Virus record (IMG/VR): IMGVR_UViG_3300012349_000006
Coordinates: 1-58,164 of that record
Source of the DNA: a virus
Taxonomy: Duplodnaviria > Caudoviricetes
Reading direction: 5' to 3' (one strand)
Length of the DNA stretch: 58,164 nt
Position 1 is the first letter of the stretch. Each line of letters opens with the position of its first letter. The notes under the pieces were generated by a model. It had not been told where the DNA came from and searched no databases. It saw only the letters and a program-made list of their open reading frames with translations. This document shows, piece by piece, positions 47,013 to 57,158 of the stretch. Made by a program: the position numbers and the translations under genes.

Positions 47013-49268
47013 TTAATTCACAATGCCGTAAATCTTTACTGTGCCGCTTGTGATATTACCGGATGAAAAGCTAACTTCTATTCCAGTAACAGCACCGTTA
47101 CCACCATCCCAATAACCGGAATTGATACTATGATCTATTAGTGAACTGCCACTATCTAGATGGAAAAAGGTTCCATTCATCATTTTACGAAATGTGGTGC
47201 TAGGAGCTTGATACATTATCAAGCGACCAGAAACACCGCCGCCGCTAGCCGAGTTATTAACTTGAGCTACGTTTATCGAACATGGAAAAAATGTAGTAGA
47301 TGCTGTATTAGAAGAACCACCAGTGTTAAACCCGCTACTAACGGTCAAATAGCTTGTGCTTTGAACACCGCCACTGTTAACCTTCAAGCGGCATTGAACA
47401 GCAGTGGTTGCTGGCAGGACGTTATCAAATACAATTTCATAATCATTATAAGTTGACGTAAAGCTTGTGGTATCAGATAAAGTAGCGCCACCGCTACCAG
47501 TCAAGGTATTGAGTAACACCTTATTTCCACTAGCAACAGCACAAGTACCATTAGTGACGATTACTCCACCTGATAAACCAGCCCCGCAAGTAACGCTGCT
47601 CACACCACCAGCAGCAGCCGCTCCTAATGCTTGTGCAGTCCATTTTGAAATACCATCGCTTTTAAAAAGATAAGCGCCATTAGCTACAACCATAGTAACT
47701 GACGTTGCTCCATTTATAGTATCTGAGCCTGCTCTAGTAATTATAAGTGTATTTGTTGCTGTAACAGTGCTTTGAAAATCAGCTATAACAATTTCTTGAC
47801 CGGGATTAACAGCATTGGCGGCTGGTAAGGTCCAAGTTCTAGACGCCGTAAATGTTGCATTGGTTCCAACAGTTCTATCCGTTGGCAAAATAGTATAAAT
47901 ACTATCGCCATGTCCTGTATATTGATCTACGTTCAATCCGCCAGAGGCTCTAGCGGCAGGAGCGGTAACTTGCCCTGTGCCACCTTGGGCTAAAGTTATA
48001 GGAAGGTTTACGCTGATATTATTACCAGTGCAAGTTAAGCCTCCCGTACAAGCAATATCTCCTACCATGCTACCAAGTGAAGTAACACCAGTAGACACAG
48101 ATGATGCGCTATCAGGAGTTACTTTAATAATATAATTAATAGTCTTTTCAGGAGGAACGTTAGCAATAACTAAAGGAGTACCGCTAGTGTTATTAGACGT
48201 AACGCTTATTGCGTTATTACCAGCCGAGTTAACTGTAAGTCTGTGGCCGCTTGATGCTATATAACCAAATGAGCCGCCACTTGTTGCTACAGCTTGATCA
48301 GGCTCAAGCTGCATAAACACCGTGCTAGATGCAACACTAATTGCCTGTGCTGCGTTTGCAGATGTAATGCCTGTTGGCAAATTAGCTAAGGCTAAAGCGA
48401 TACTTGCGCTTTGATTACCACCAGCCGCACCAATGGAGTTAGGATTAGTAGCTCCGAAGTATGTTGCTGTTAAATTTGCCGAGGCTGTACCGCCCATGTT
48501 ATTGTTACCAGCAAGGGTTAAGCCTCTAAAATCTGGTAAGTTAAAAGTGGTGGTACCGTTGCCTCTGCCCCAAGGAAAAAATACCGCCGTTGCGCTAACT
48601 GTGGTGTTAGCATTAGCAGCTAATGTTACGCTAGAAGAAGTCTTAGAAATAATGGTAGAAAAACCAGCAGCCAAGCAAGAAACTTCAACAGGCATTCCAA
48701 TCCAAAAATTTGTAGTGTCTCCTACACCGCTTAGTATGGGGCTACCAGAATTACAAAACACCGATTGACTAGACGTAATGGCCGTAAGCAAAACAGCGTA
48801 TGTAGTTCTTGATAATTCTTGCCCGTAAGTAAATAAATATTGATTAGGCGCAACCATGCCAGCCCAAGGTTTCACTGTTCCAACTAAATCACCATCACCC
48901 GTACCCGATGTTCCTCCACCGCCAGAGCCAACTGACGAAGTGTTCTGATCCCAAATGACATTGCCATTGCGATCTTTAACAACTTGGCGATAGGTACCAG
49001 AACCTAAAATCAAACCTCTACCGGCTGCATCCAACACAACCGGATTTAAATTTGGAACGGTTTCAGCCGCGTCTTGCCAAGTCGTCTTGCGGGTAGTAGT
49101 AGATGGAATATAAAAATCTACCGTTCCCTTAACTAACGGTTTGCCGTTCTGATCCACAAATGTAGTTTTGGCAGGAGGTAAAATGCTAGCCGTTTGAGCA
49201 TAAGCAAAATGTACCTGTGCAACCATCAATAACGACAATAAGAAAGTTTTAAAAATGGAAAACTTCAT
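47013..49268 (-). CDS. tail fibre (head-binding domain + tail collar) preceded by a Sec signal peptide
   Basis: Leader MKFSIFKTFLLSLLMVAQVHFAYA; FVDQNGKPL..NPVVLDAAGR attachment domain; GQELSRTTY..GNGTTTFNLPDFRG collar; 8 Cys. Confidence 0.88.
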   Translation of the reverse strand: MKFSIFKTFLLSLLMVAQVHFAYAQTASILPPAKTTFVDQNGKPLVKGTVDFYIPSTTTRKTTWQDAAETVPNLNPVVLDAAGRGLILGSGTYRQVVKDRNGNVIWDQNTSSVGSGGGGTSGTGDGDLVGTVKPWAGMVAPNQYLFTYGQELSRTTYAVLLTAITSSQSVFCNSGSPILSGVGDTTNFWIGMPVEVSCLAAGFSTIISKTSSSVTLAANANTTVSATAVFFPWGRGNGTTTFNLPDFRGLTLAGNNNMGGTASANLTATYFGATNPNSIGAAGGNQSASIALALANLPTGITSANAAQAISVASSTVFMQLEPDQAVATSGGSFGYIASSGHRLTVNSAGNNAISVTSNNTSGTPLVIANVPPEKTINYIIKVTPDSASSVSTGVTSLGSMVGDIACTGGLTCTGNNISVNLPITLAQGGTGQVTAPAARASGGLNVDQYTGHGDSIYTILPTDRTVGTNATFTASRTWTLPAANAVNPGQEIVIADFQSTVTATNTLIITRAGSDTINGATSVTMVVANGAYLFKSDGISKWTAQALGAAAAGGVSSVTCGAGLSGGVIVTNGTCAVASGNKVLLNTLTGSGGATLSDTTSFTSTYNDYEIVFDNVLPATTAVQCRLKVNSGGVQSTSYLTVSSGFNTGGSSNTASTTFFPCSINVAQVNNSASGGGVSGRLIMYQAPSTTFRKMMNGTFFHLDSGSSLIDHSINSGYWDGGNGAVTGIEVSFSSGNITSGTVKIYGIVN

Positions 49269-49377
49269 AGTTCTAATCCTAATAGGTTTAATTATTTTTA
49301 AATTTCGTCGCTACGTTTGGATGCCTACAATACTTATCGTCATAGCATATTTTTGGTGGAAATTAGAACCTTACCGT

Positions 49378-51381
49378 TTATGGAGCAATTACACGCGACA
49401 ACGCATTACCAGTTCTGGAAAGCAAGCTTTGCTTAGGTGGAGTGACAACATTAGACAACGCTTGAATTAAGGCATCCTTATCGGGTCCGGTAGCGGTAGC
49501 TAGCTTAGTTAGCTCTACATTCTTTGCTTTAGCATGAGATAGCTTTGCCATATCTTTAAGTTTATTGGCACCTTTCAATCCCAAGATCAAAGCGGTAGAA
49601 GCTCCCATAGGACCGCCAGCCAAGCTATTAGCAATCTCGCCTCCTACCATGATCGGCGCACTACGCATAATGTCAGTAGATACTGGCAAATCAATTCCAC
49701 TATGAGATTTGAGACGCATAGCAGTTTGGCTATTTTCAAATAGCTTTTTGTTGGTATCGGCTATCTTGCGCTCATGCAGAAGCTTGGTTGACATTTCTTC
49801 AATTTCAGTATTGCCAAACAAATATTTTAATTTTTCCTTGTTAAAATCTATTTGTGGGATTTCAGTTCCTTTTTGACCAACAGCATTACGCATACCGCGA
49901 ATTTGACTATCAACGGCAACGCGAGCACCTTCCTTAGCAGCAGCTATTTCATCAGCACTGGCATTGTCAATCCAATATTTCCAATAGCTAGGATCATCAG
50001 TATGCTTGGTTGGGCGGTTCTTTAAAATTTCCGCGCCTTTTTCGAAAGCCTCATGCACTTGTTTGTCATCTGCATACTGCTTTAAACCAGTTCTATATGG
50101 CCCAAGTCCGGTATCAGGATTTTTAGGACCACTGGCATTATCAATAGCGTCAACAATTTTATTGCGATAAGCTTTAAGTTCCTTACCTAATAATCGTTCT
50201 GATCCAACAGAACTACTTGTCAAAGCATCTGCTCTTTCCCGCAATCTAGATTGAATACTATGCAAGTCATCAGTATAATGATGCATCGTATCCCTATCGG
50301 GCCAAGAGCCGCGAATTTGTTGACGTAACTTATAAAGTTCTGTCTGCAAAGGGTCTAACGGTAGAGAAGGCTGCTTTCCAGCTTTAATAGCTTTCATCGC
50401 AGGAGCGCCAATCTCTTTATCAATAGCCTTGATGATACCTGTAACTTCTGTATGTGGCGTAGCTCCAATGACCGGATTGATTAAAGTTCTACCTGTTTCT
50501 CTAGCTTTATTTTGAAGTCTGTCAATGGTAGCCTTAACGTCTATAGAACCACCAAGAGCCGTATCAATAACGTCTCCAACAGCACCTTTGGCACTAGCCA
50601 AACGTTGCTCCACAACATTTTTCATTAAATTTTGGTGCGGACCTTCAGTGACTACTAATTTTTGTGCGGCCTGTTGCACTGGTGCGCTAACGTCCATAGG
50701 CGATAGACGCGGATTAGATTTTAAATCAGCAATGAAGGTAGGTAAGTTTTCCTTGCCAACCAAGTCAATCAACTGATTAAACGCTTTGTTGATAGGTCTA
50801 GCTGCATTAGCGACTTTACCTAGTTTAGCAACCGGCAAAGCTCCACCAGCAATCAATCCAGCAGCTTCGCCAGCGCGTTCGCTGCCAGTTAAATTAGCAA
50901 CTGGATTTTCCACTGTTTCCTTTAATATTCCGGTAGCAGGAGATGTTACATATTGAATTGCTCCCAATCCCATCTTGCCAACGCCAGTAGCAGGACGGTT
51001 TTCAAGGGTATCTTTGGCACCGCTCTTGAACGTCTCAATCCCGGCCCTAGCTGCTTCTCCTGTTGACCGGGCAATATCGCCCGGTAGTTCTGAGGCTCCC
51101 GCCGCAACGTCTCCTAGCGCGTTGCTAGGCTCACTGTAGCGACGCGGATTTCTGCCGCCCTTTTGGCTAGGCACCGCATTAATCGTATCGGACTGCTCTT
51201 TGGTAGCATCTGAAATAGGAGGGGCTACAACCGGCCTAATGGTAATGCCAGTAGAATTACTAGGAGCATCGGCATTCAAATACCCATCAAGAATATCATC
51301 AGCCGTAGTAGGAGCACCAGAGCCTTTCGGCACTGGTATCTTACCACCAAGATAACCTTCTAGAATTTGATCAGCGTCCAT
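49378..51381 (-). CDS. DNA ejection (internal virion) protein
   Basis: 667 aa, Ala/Gly-rich helical; third of three genes after the tail hub, as with P22 gp7/20/16. Confidence 0.7.
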   Translation of the reverse strand: MDADQILEGYLGGKIPVPKGSGAPTTADDILDGYLNADAPSNSTGITIRPVVAPPISDATKEQSDTINAVPSQKGGRNPRRYSEPSNALGDVAAGASELPGDIARSTGEAARAGIETFKSGAKDTLENRPATGVGKMGLGAIQYVTSPATGILKETVENPVANLTGSERAGEAAGLIAGGALPVAKLGKVANAARPINKAFNQLIDLVGKENLPTFIADLKSNPRLSPMDVSAPVQQAAQKLVVTEGPHQNLMKNVVEQRLASAKGAVGDVIDTALGGSIDVKATIDRLQNKARETGRTLINPVIGATPHTEVTGIIKAIDKEIGAPAMKAIKAGKQPSLPLDPLQTELYKLRQQIRGSWPDRDTMHHYTDDLHSIQSRLRERADALTSSSVGSERLLGKELKAYRNKIVDAIDNASGPKNPDTGLGPYRTGLKQYADDKQVHEAFEKGAEILKNRPTKHTDDPSYWKYWIDNASADEIAAAKEGARVAVDSQIRGMRNAVGQKGTEIPQIDFNKEKLKYLFGNTEIEEMSTKLLHERKIADTNKKLFENSQTAMRLKSHSGIDLPVSTDIMRSAPIMVGGEIANSLAGGPMGASTALILGLKGANKLKDMAKLSHAKAKNVELTKLATATGPDKDALIQALSNVVTPPKQSLLSRTGNALSRVIAP

Positions 51382-52817
51382 TATCTTGAACCAAGCGGAG
51401 GAATAGACTTAGTATTGTGGGCAATTTCAACAGAAGCTTTAAAAATTTTCAATTCTTCTGGCGACATTCCCTTAATTAATTTTTGCAATTTATCCTTGCT
51501 CATTAGATCAACCCCATATGCTCTAGGGTCTTGCTCATTGTTAAAGCGTACAGAAAATTTTTGAAATTCCTGATCAGGTAGATTTGATTTTTCAAAAGCA
51601 ACAATTTCAGCTTGCTTTAATCGACGTAAAGCCAAGGCTGATTTAGCTACATCAACAGCAGCAGCGTTGGATATTCCCACACTAGGATTACCAGCAAATG
51701 CAGCCGCTAGCTTATCATTGGTTCCGCTATTGCCGGTTTGATTGACAAAATCGGTTAAATATTTTTTGGCTTTGTCGTAATCAGCAACAGTGCCGTTAAA
51801 ATCGCTTTCCTTGATCCCCGGAACCATAGAGATGGCAAACGATTTTAAATGATTAATGGTTTCGGTTCCCGGTCCTGTGCCTTTAGGACCAAGTTTTTCC
51901 AATGCTGGAATAGCTTGGGTAAGTGGAAATATCTCGCGTTGAAAATTTCCGGCTTGCTGTCTAGCCGCAACCGCCGATGTAGCTCCACCAGCCGCACCAA
52001 TACCCATAGCTTCAGGAGTACCGGGAGGTAGTGATTTAGCTACTCCTGTTGGTCTAGCGGCGTTGAACCTATCGTTAAACGTTGGCGCTTCAACGCTAGC
52101 ACCTGTGACAGTGCCGCCAAAATTAGAGCTTGGGCCATTGATAGCAGGATTGTTGATCGGTCCTGTTGGCAACGCCGATGGTGCTGTACGTTGTGGCTGC
52201 TGTTGATATTGTCCCGGTAATCCGCCTCTCACTGGTAACGTGCCTTCAGGTATAGCTGCTCTCTGCGGTCCTAATGCTTGCTTAGCGCCATAATTAGGAT
52301 TAGGCTGACCATTAGGCAATAGCCTCCTGTTATCAACTGTTTCTGTTTCAGGAGGTTGTTGTATCTGAATTGGTGCGCCCATTGGTCTAACACCAAAACG
52401 CGCACTAACGTTAACTGGCGTATCAGTCTGTCCGTTGCGCTGCATAGCAGGAGTACCCAAGTGATATTGAATAGCTTCAGAATGAGTAGCAGCAGCCGTC
52501 ATAAATTCGTTATAAAAACTAGCGCCATCCTTAGCGGCCTGAAGCCTTTGCATGTAAGCATCTAGTTGCTGTTGCGGCACCAGCCCTTGCCTGACTGCAT
52601 TCTGAGCAACAGCCGCGTATTCTTCCTTACTGGCGTTAGGTCCAAGTGATCCCATCGCTCTAGTCATGTAGCCTAGAGCTTGGTTAGCTTGATCTAGCTT
52701 TTGCTGATTAATCTGCAATGATTGCGATTGCAAAGCACCAATCTTGCCAGCTTGTTCCAAAGGACCAACTGGCATTGGTTGATTATATGAGCTTGTGTCT
52801 GCTTCTAATCCAGCCAC
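51381..52817 (-). CDS. DNA ejection (internal virion) protein
   Basis: 478 aa, Q/A-rich N-terminus, P22 gp20-like position. Confidence 0.7.
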   Translation of the reverse strand: MAGLEADTSSYNQPMPVGPLEQAGKIGALQSQSLQINQQKLDQANQALGYMTRAMGSLGPNASKEEYAAVAQNAVRQGLVPQQQLDAYMQRLQAAKDGASFYNEFMTAAATHSEAIQYHLGTPAMQRNGQTDTPVNVSARFGVRPMGAPIQIQQPPETETVDNRRLLPNGQPNPNYGAKQALGPQRAAIPEGTLPVRGGLPGQYQQQPQRTAPSALPTGPINNPAINGPSSNFGGTVTGASVEAPTFNDRFNAARPTGVAKSLPPGTPEAMGIGAAGGATSAVAARQQAGNFQREIFPLTQAIPALEKLGPKGTGPGTETINHLKSFAISMVPGIKESDFNGTVADYDKAKKYLTDFVNQTGNSGTNDKLAAAFAGNPSVGISNAAAVDVAKSALALRRLKQAEIVAFEKSNLPDQEFQKFSVRFNNEQDPRAYGVDLMSKDKLQKLIKGMSPEELKIFKASVEIAHNTKSIPPLGSR

Positions 52818-52829
52818 TTTTTAAATCCT

Positions 52830-53594
52830 TTAAGCAGTAAATGGTGTTGGGCCGTTAGGACCACCATAAGTAATCGGTCCTGCTGGTGTACCATATAAAC
52901 CTTTATAGGCAGCATATGAGCCAATACCATTAGCTGTATTAGCTATAGATGTTCCTATCCTATTGTCAGCAGCAGCCTCAGCATTACCTGCCCCAACAGT
53001 AGCTACACCAGAGTTGTAAGCAGCTTTTTCACCTAAAACGCCAGTTTGAGCAGATGCATTTTCACCAGTATCAACCAAACCTTTTAGGCGATTAAAAGCA
53101 TTTGTCTTGTTAGTATTCTGCATGTCAAATGCGGTTTTATAAGTATCGGTGGCAAGTCCTTTGGCGAATGCTGCCGCGCCTTTTAGCGCCGCTCCTGATG
53201 TACCTAATCCTCTGGCAGCAGCCGCATTGGTAACAGCCTTTTGACCTTGCGTAGAAGCAAACTTATAGTAATCGCTGTTCTCTAGTACGTTTGGATCAAT
53301 GCTGATATCTGATGTTAATTCAGGCAAGCGACTAGTAAGCTGATCAGTAGCGTTAGCTCCTACCGTTCGGTACGGCTCTAGGTCCGATCTAGTCTGCTGA
53401 TACTGTTGCTGTTGCAAGGCAATAGACTTATCAGCAGCTTCTTTTTGAGCATCAGCAGCTTTACTAGCGGCGTAGCTCTGAGAAATACCGCCAATAACAG
53501 CACTTCCCACAATAGCGGTTGCAACCCATGCGCTGCATAAGCAAGGGTCTATAAATTCATCGCTAAAGCCAAAGATATCTTCTTTGAAATTCAT
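52830..53594 (-). CDS. DNA transfer protein, P22 gp7-like
   Basis: AWVATAIVGSAVIGG..ASKAADAQ..LEPY..AAARGLGTSGAALK. Confidence 0.8.
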   Translation of the reverse strand: MNFKEDIFGFSDEFIDPCLCSAWVATAIVGSAVIGGISQSYAASKAADAQKEAADKSIALQQQQYQQTRSDLEPYRTVGANATDQLTSRLPELTSDISIDPNVLENSDYYKFASTQGQKAVTNAAAARGLGTSGAALKGAAAFAKGLATDTYKTAFDMQNTNKTNAFNRLKGLVDTGENASAQTGVLGEKAAYNSGVATVGAGNAEAAADNRIGTSIANTANGIGSYAAYKGLYGTPAGPITYGGPNGPTPFTA

Positions 53595-53658
53595 AGCTTA
53601 AATCCAAATGAATAAGCTTGCCATTCTGAATACCAAACATTCATAAATATGAGTAGCA

Positions 53659-54105
53659 TCATAGCTTAAATTCCAATTGATTAGCGTTGCAAAACTCTAA
53701 CCATTCGTTTTCATTCTTGGCGATAAAATGTCTTTCTATTTTATTTAAGTCAGTCTCACAGGTGCCGTGAATGGTTGTCCATACACATTCAGTCAAGGCA
53801 TAAGCAATTCGTTTGGTGCCAGCAGGAGAAACAACTGTAAACGGCGCTTCAACTTTTACGATGCCTTCTTCCGTCGATACTTGCATACTACCGTAAGACA
53901 GAATATTTAAATTTTTAAATTTGTGAATTTCTCCCACAAGAATTGTGCCAGCCGGAATATGCAGTTCTCTTGCATAAACCCCTTCGGAAAAATGATGCAC
54001 TACCTGTAGATTTAATTGTGGTTGCTGCTTCATAAACGTTTCCGCCGCAAATATCTTATTCCTCGTAGATAGTTCGGTTAGCTTTTCTACAATATCAGTC
54101 ATCAA
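53659..54105 (-). CDS. cupin-fold phage protein in the tail region
   Basis: HHFSEGVYARELHIPAG..GEIH..PAGTKR..WTTIH. Confidence 0.75.
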   Translation of the reverse strand: MMTDIVEKLTELSTRNKIFAAETFMKQQPQLNLQVVHHFSEGVYARELHIPAGTILVGEIHKFKNLNILSYGSMQVSTEEGIVKVEAPFTVVSPAGTKRIAYALTECVWTTIHGTCETDLNKIERHFIAKNENEWLEFCNANQLEFKL

Positions 54106-54461
54106 GCACCTAAGAATTGAAGTGTAGGAGTTACTGTATATGTGGTTCTAATAGTATCTCCGATTGAAATTGGCACGATCAAAGGTCTAACTGTAGATAA
54201 AGGAATTATGATACCGCCTCTGATTAATGATATTGCTGATACTGTTCCACCTGATATAATTAATGTACCCTTGACGTTAGCAGTAAAATTGAATGGAGAA
54301 CCTGTAGGAACTATATTTGCTACAGCAGGAGCCGCTTGGACAAATTGCTGAAAGAAACCATTCCAAGGATCAAGTAATCGTCCTTTGCCTATTTCTTTTC
54401 CCTTGTCGTCAAGCACTCTTACTAAAGGTGCTTGCATATTTAAAAGTGGTAAACTGCTCAT
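54102..54461 (-). CDS. probable tail needle/plug-like structural protein
   Basis: Follows the tail hub; APLV..DPWNGFF N-terminus plus a small beta domain. Confidence 0.55.
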   Translation of the reverse strand: MSSLPLLNMQAPLVRVLDDKGKEIGKGRLLDPWNGFFQQFVQAAPAVANIVPTGSPFNFTANVKGTLIISGGTVSAISLIRGGIIIPLSTVRPLIVPISIGDTIRTTYTVTPTLQFLGA

Positions 54462-55903
54462 TTAGCAGCCTTTACACGTTCAACAAATCCACCATTCAAA
54501 GCTGTATCGCAATTTGCTGACCATGAAAGTTTAAAAACTCTATCCCTTGCTTCTCCTAGCCTATTCCAAGACATAGTTTTCAAATAATCACCAGTCTTAC
54601 CCATAGACTGCATCACAGCATTTCCGTAAGTCTTACCTTTATCATCGGACCAACTTAAACTAATCTGCGGATCATCCTCTTGATCGGTAACTGTACCCGG
54701 CTGTATATCAGCCTGAAAATTCTTATATGAGACTTTTTGATTATTTTCGCTCATGTGTGGGAAGGTTCTAATCCTAGTTATAGGACTATCCAAATCTTTA
54801 AAAAAAGACACATCAAGTCTTAATAGCTGTCCATTCTCCCAATCGCCAATCAGGTTAAATCCGTTGACAAACATACAGCAGTTAGCTCTAGGTCTCAATA
54901 AGTTTCCGTTTGCATCAGTCCAATTCCATTCACTCCATTGCTTAGTTTTTAGATCATATAGCCAACCTTTATTGGCTGTCGGAAACACCAAGCAATAGAA
55001 CGCATGATCAGAGATTTGAAAGGCAAAGCCAATTGCGTCAGCTAGAGTATTGTAACTTTTAAATTCTTGTACAATTCTAGGGGTAGATATTTCTACTACA
55101 TCGTATCCTTGACCTTGAACTACAATCCCGCTTCCCTGCTGATCCTGCATAACGAAGAATATTAAAACGTCTATGGTAGCTAGTGAGAATTGAGCAGCGC
55201 AGCCATGATTAACAAAGGCTCCCTGTTGACGCTGAAAATAAAAATCAGCCGCTCCAGTGCCTACCCAAATTTCGGTAGTCAAAGCTCCTACTAGCCAAAG
55301 CTCGCCATGCACAGCCGCCAAACATACAATCGGATCATTGAAACCTGACTTGGCAGCGATGTCTAAAGGATCAAACGCACCTGTAGTAGTTAATAGAACA
55401 TAAGAAGCATTAGAAACTGTAATGTAAAATTGACTTGTACCGGGACGATTGAAAATAAAGAATGTATCTATCAACGTTACATAATCAGCACCATAAAAAT
55501 TAGGATCAACTATCAACCCTAATGTGTTGGTAGCCAAGTCAATCGCGTAACCGTTTACTCCATCAACCAATACACAAACCAAGCCATTGTCAGAAAAGAT
55601 AACTTGGCTTGGTCTATCAGCTATAGAGCCTATGAATATCAAATTGCCCACACTAGACAAGAAATAAACATTCTGCCCTACGACATAAAAAGCTGTACCT
55701 AAGCTAGTTCTATATGATGCTCTAGCCTTCTTTAAAAAAACAGGATCGGCATAAACAGCACAACCGGGAGTAGGATAATAGGTTACTTGTGCTGGCGCTT
55801 GCGGATCACCAGTATTGATTTCTGCATATAGGTTGACACACTCTTGACCTGAAGCGATGATATTCTTACCAGCGTAAGGAGTGCTTACTAAAGGTACTCT
55901 CAT
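54458..55903 (-). CDS. tail hub / packaged-DNA stabilization protein, P22 gp10-like
   Basis: CVNLY, SDNG, TTEIW, GCAA, DHAFY, LSWSDDKG, WNRLG. Confidence 0.88.
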   Translation of the reverse strand: MRVPLVSTPYAGKNIIASGQECVNLYAEINTGDPQAPAQVTYYPTPGCAVYADPVFLKKARASYRTSLGTAFYVVGQNVYFLSSVGNLIFIGSIADRPSQVIFSDNGLVCVLVDGVNGYAIDLATNTLGLIVDPNFYGADYVTLIDTFFIFNRPGTSQFYITVSNASYVLLTTTGAFDPLDIAAKSGFNDPIVCLAAVHGELWLVGALTTEIWVGTGAADFYFQRQQGAFVNHGCAAQFSLATIDVLIFFVMQDQQGSGIVVQGQGYDVVEISTPRIVQEFKSYNTLADAIGFAFQISDHAFYCLVFPTANKGWLYDLKTKQWSEWNWTDANGNLLRPRANCCMFVNGFNLIGDWENGQLLRLDVSFFKDLDSPITRIRTFPHMSENNQKVSYKNFQADIQPGTVTDQEDDPQISLSWSDDKGKTYGNAVMQSMGKTGDYLKTMSWNRLGEARDRVFKLSWSANCDTALNGGFVERVKAAK

Positions 55904-56865
55904 TGGCGAACATCAGGGGCATAGATATTAAACCCTGTCCTGTCTGCAAATGGTAGTTCTAATGTTGGCACTTGTGCGTTTGCGATCTTTACAGCGTTCA
56001 AAGCAATCTTGGCTAATTTTCCTTTGACCGGATCAGGAGGATACTGGTACATGCTAACCAAGCGAATGCACAAATTATAGTGTATAGCCTCTAGGTAAAA
56101 ATCTGGTAGCGTAATTTCTGTATCTAAATTAGAAACTACGGTATTTACAGTATATGTAAAACCAGCACCAGTTCCGCCGACACTGGCAGCAGCTACCGAT
56201 AAAATATCATTGATTGCGTAGCCTTGCCCCGGATTAGCGATAGCCACAATGGCGACGACGCCAGCAGTTACAGTAATGTCGGCTGTAGCTCCGCTACCAG
56301 AACCACCAGTTAGAGCTACTCCTACATAAGCGCCATTAGTATAAGCCGCGCCAGCCGTTGTAATAGAGCCTGTGTCAATGCTGGTTTGCTGCGATATCGG
56401 AAGCTTGGTAATCAAATGTATTTCGTAATCACTAGATGGCACAGGCCAAACAAAAACGTTTCCATTTGGATACGCGCCATCATAGAAAAAGTATTGTGGG
56501 AATGAATTTAAATTTTTAAGAGCTAATCTAGCGTAATCCTCATAACTCCATATAGGACGCAAAGGATAGCTAACAGCAAGAGTATTTCCAGTATTTAGCT
56601 GTTTAAAATATGCAGCTAGTACCTTGTCCGGTCGCATGGCATTGTAGTATTTACCTGGACCGATTTGATTGGATATGGCACCGTTAGCTAATGCGCTGAT
56701 ATCAGTTAAACCCGGAACTAACCAACGCTTGACTTGCCACAGCGCAAGCATTCTGGAAAATAAAGTAAACCCATCATTGATATCTTCATCTAATGCAGTT
56801 TGACCGATGCCAATAACACCAGCCTCTTTAAGAGCTAAAGCCACAATATCCCTAGCTGTAGTCAT
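55900..56865 (-). CDS. head-tail adaptor (P22 gp4-like) with an inserted beta-repeat domain
   Basis: MTTARDIVALALKEAGVI, VWPVPS, LPDFYLEAIHYNLCIRL. Confidence 0.8.
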   Translation of the reverse strand: MTTARDIVALALKEAGVIGIGQTALDEDINDGFTLFSRMLALWQVKRWLVPGLTDISALANGAISNQIGPGKYYNAMRPDKVLAAYFKQLNTGNTLAVSYPLRPIWSYEDYARLALKNLNSFPQYFFYDGAYPNGNVFVWPVPSSDYEIHLITKLPISQQTSIDTGSITTAGAAYTNGAYVGVALTGGSGSGATADITVTAGVVAIVAIANPGQGYAINDILSVAAASVGGTGAGFTYTVNTVVSNLDTEITLPDFYLEAIHYNLCIRLVSMYQYPPDPVKGKLAKIALNAVKIANAQVPTLELPFADRTGFNIYAPDVRQ

Positions 56866-56910
56866 TGACTAAAACCTTTCAATTGTACAGCTAGGGATAA
56901 AAGTTTTAAA

Positions 56911-57084
56911 TTATTTCTTAGAAGTCCAGCCTTTAGCTGGTTTGGCTGGTTCCGGTTCTGGTGTATCTTTCAACGCTTCCGCTTCTTCCTCGGCACTATG
57001 TACAATAACACCACTACCAACAGCAGTATTTTTAACATCAGGTCCATGAGGATAAACCATCTTGGGATATTCTTCGTCAGACAT
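56911..57084 (-). CDS. small protein downstream of the coat gene
   Basis: MSDEEYPKMVY..IVHSAEEEAE; AAGGA RBS. Confidence 0.7.
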   Translation of the reverse strand: MSDEEYPKMVYPHGPDVKNTAVGSGVIVHSAEEEAEALKDTPEPEPAKPAKGWTSKK

Positions 57085-57115
57085 AATCAAGTTTCCTTTT
57101 TGTAAAAATAAGTCG

Positions 57116-57146
57116 AAAAGGGACACAGTGCCTAAACTGTGTCCCT
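57116..57146 (-). terminator. intrinsic terminator after the coat gene
   Basis: AGGGACACAG..CTGTGTCCCT followed by TTT on the minus strand. Confidence 0.8.
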
Positions 57147-57158
57147 AATAATTAATTA

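Noticed and set aside
49224-49226. Internal Met15 as the true tail-fibre start, which would remove most of the signal peptide
   Set aside because: No SD before it, whereas the ATG at 49268 has AGGA at normal spacing
47013-49268. Diversity-generating retroelement or invertible fibre system
   Set aside because: No reverse transcriptase, invertase or template/variable repeat pair seen
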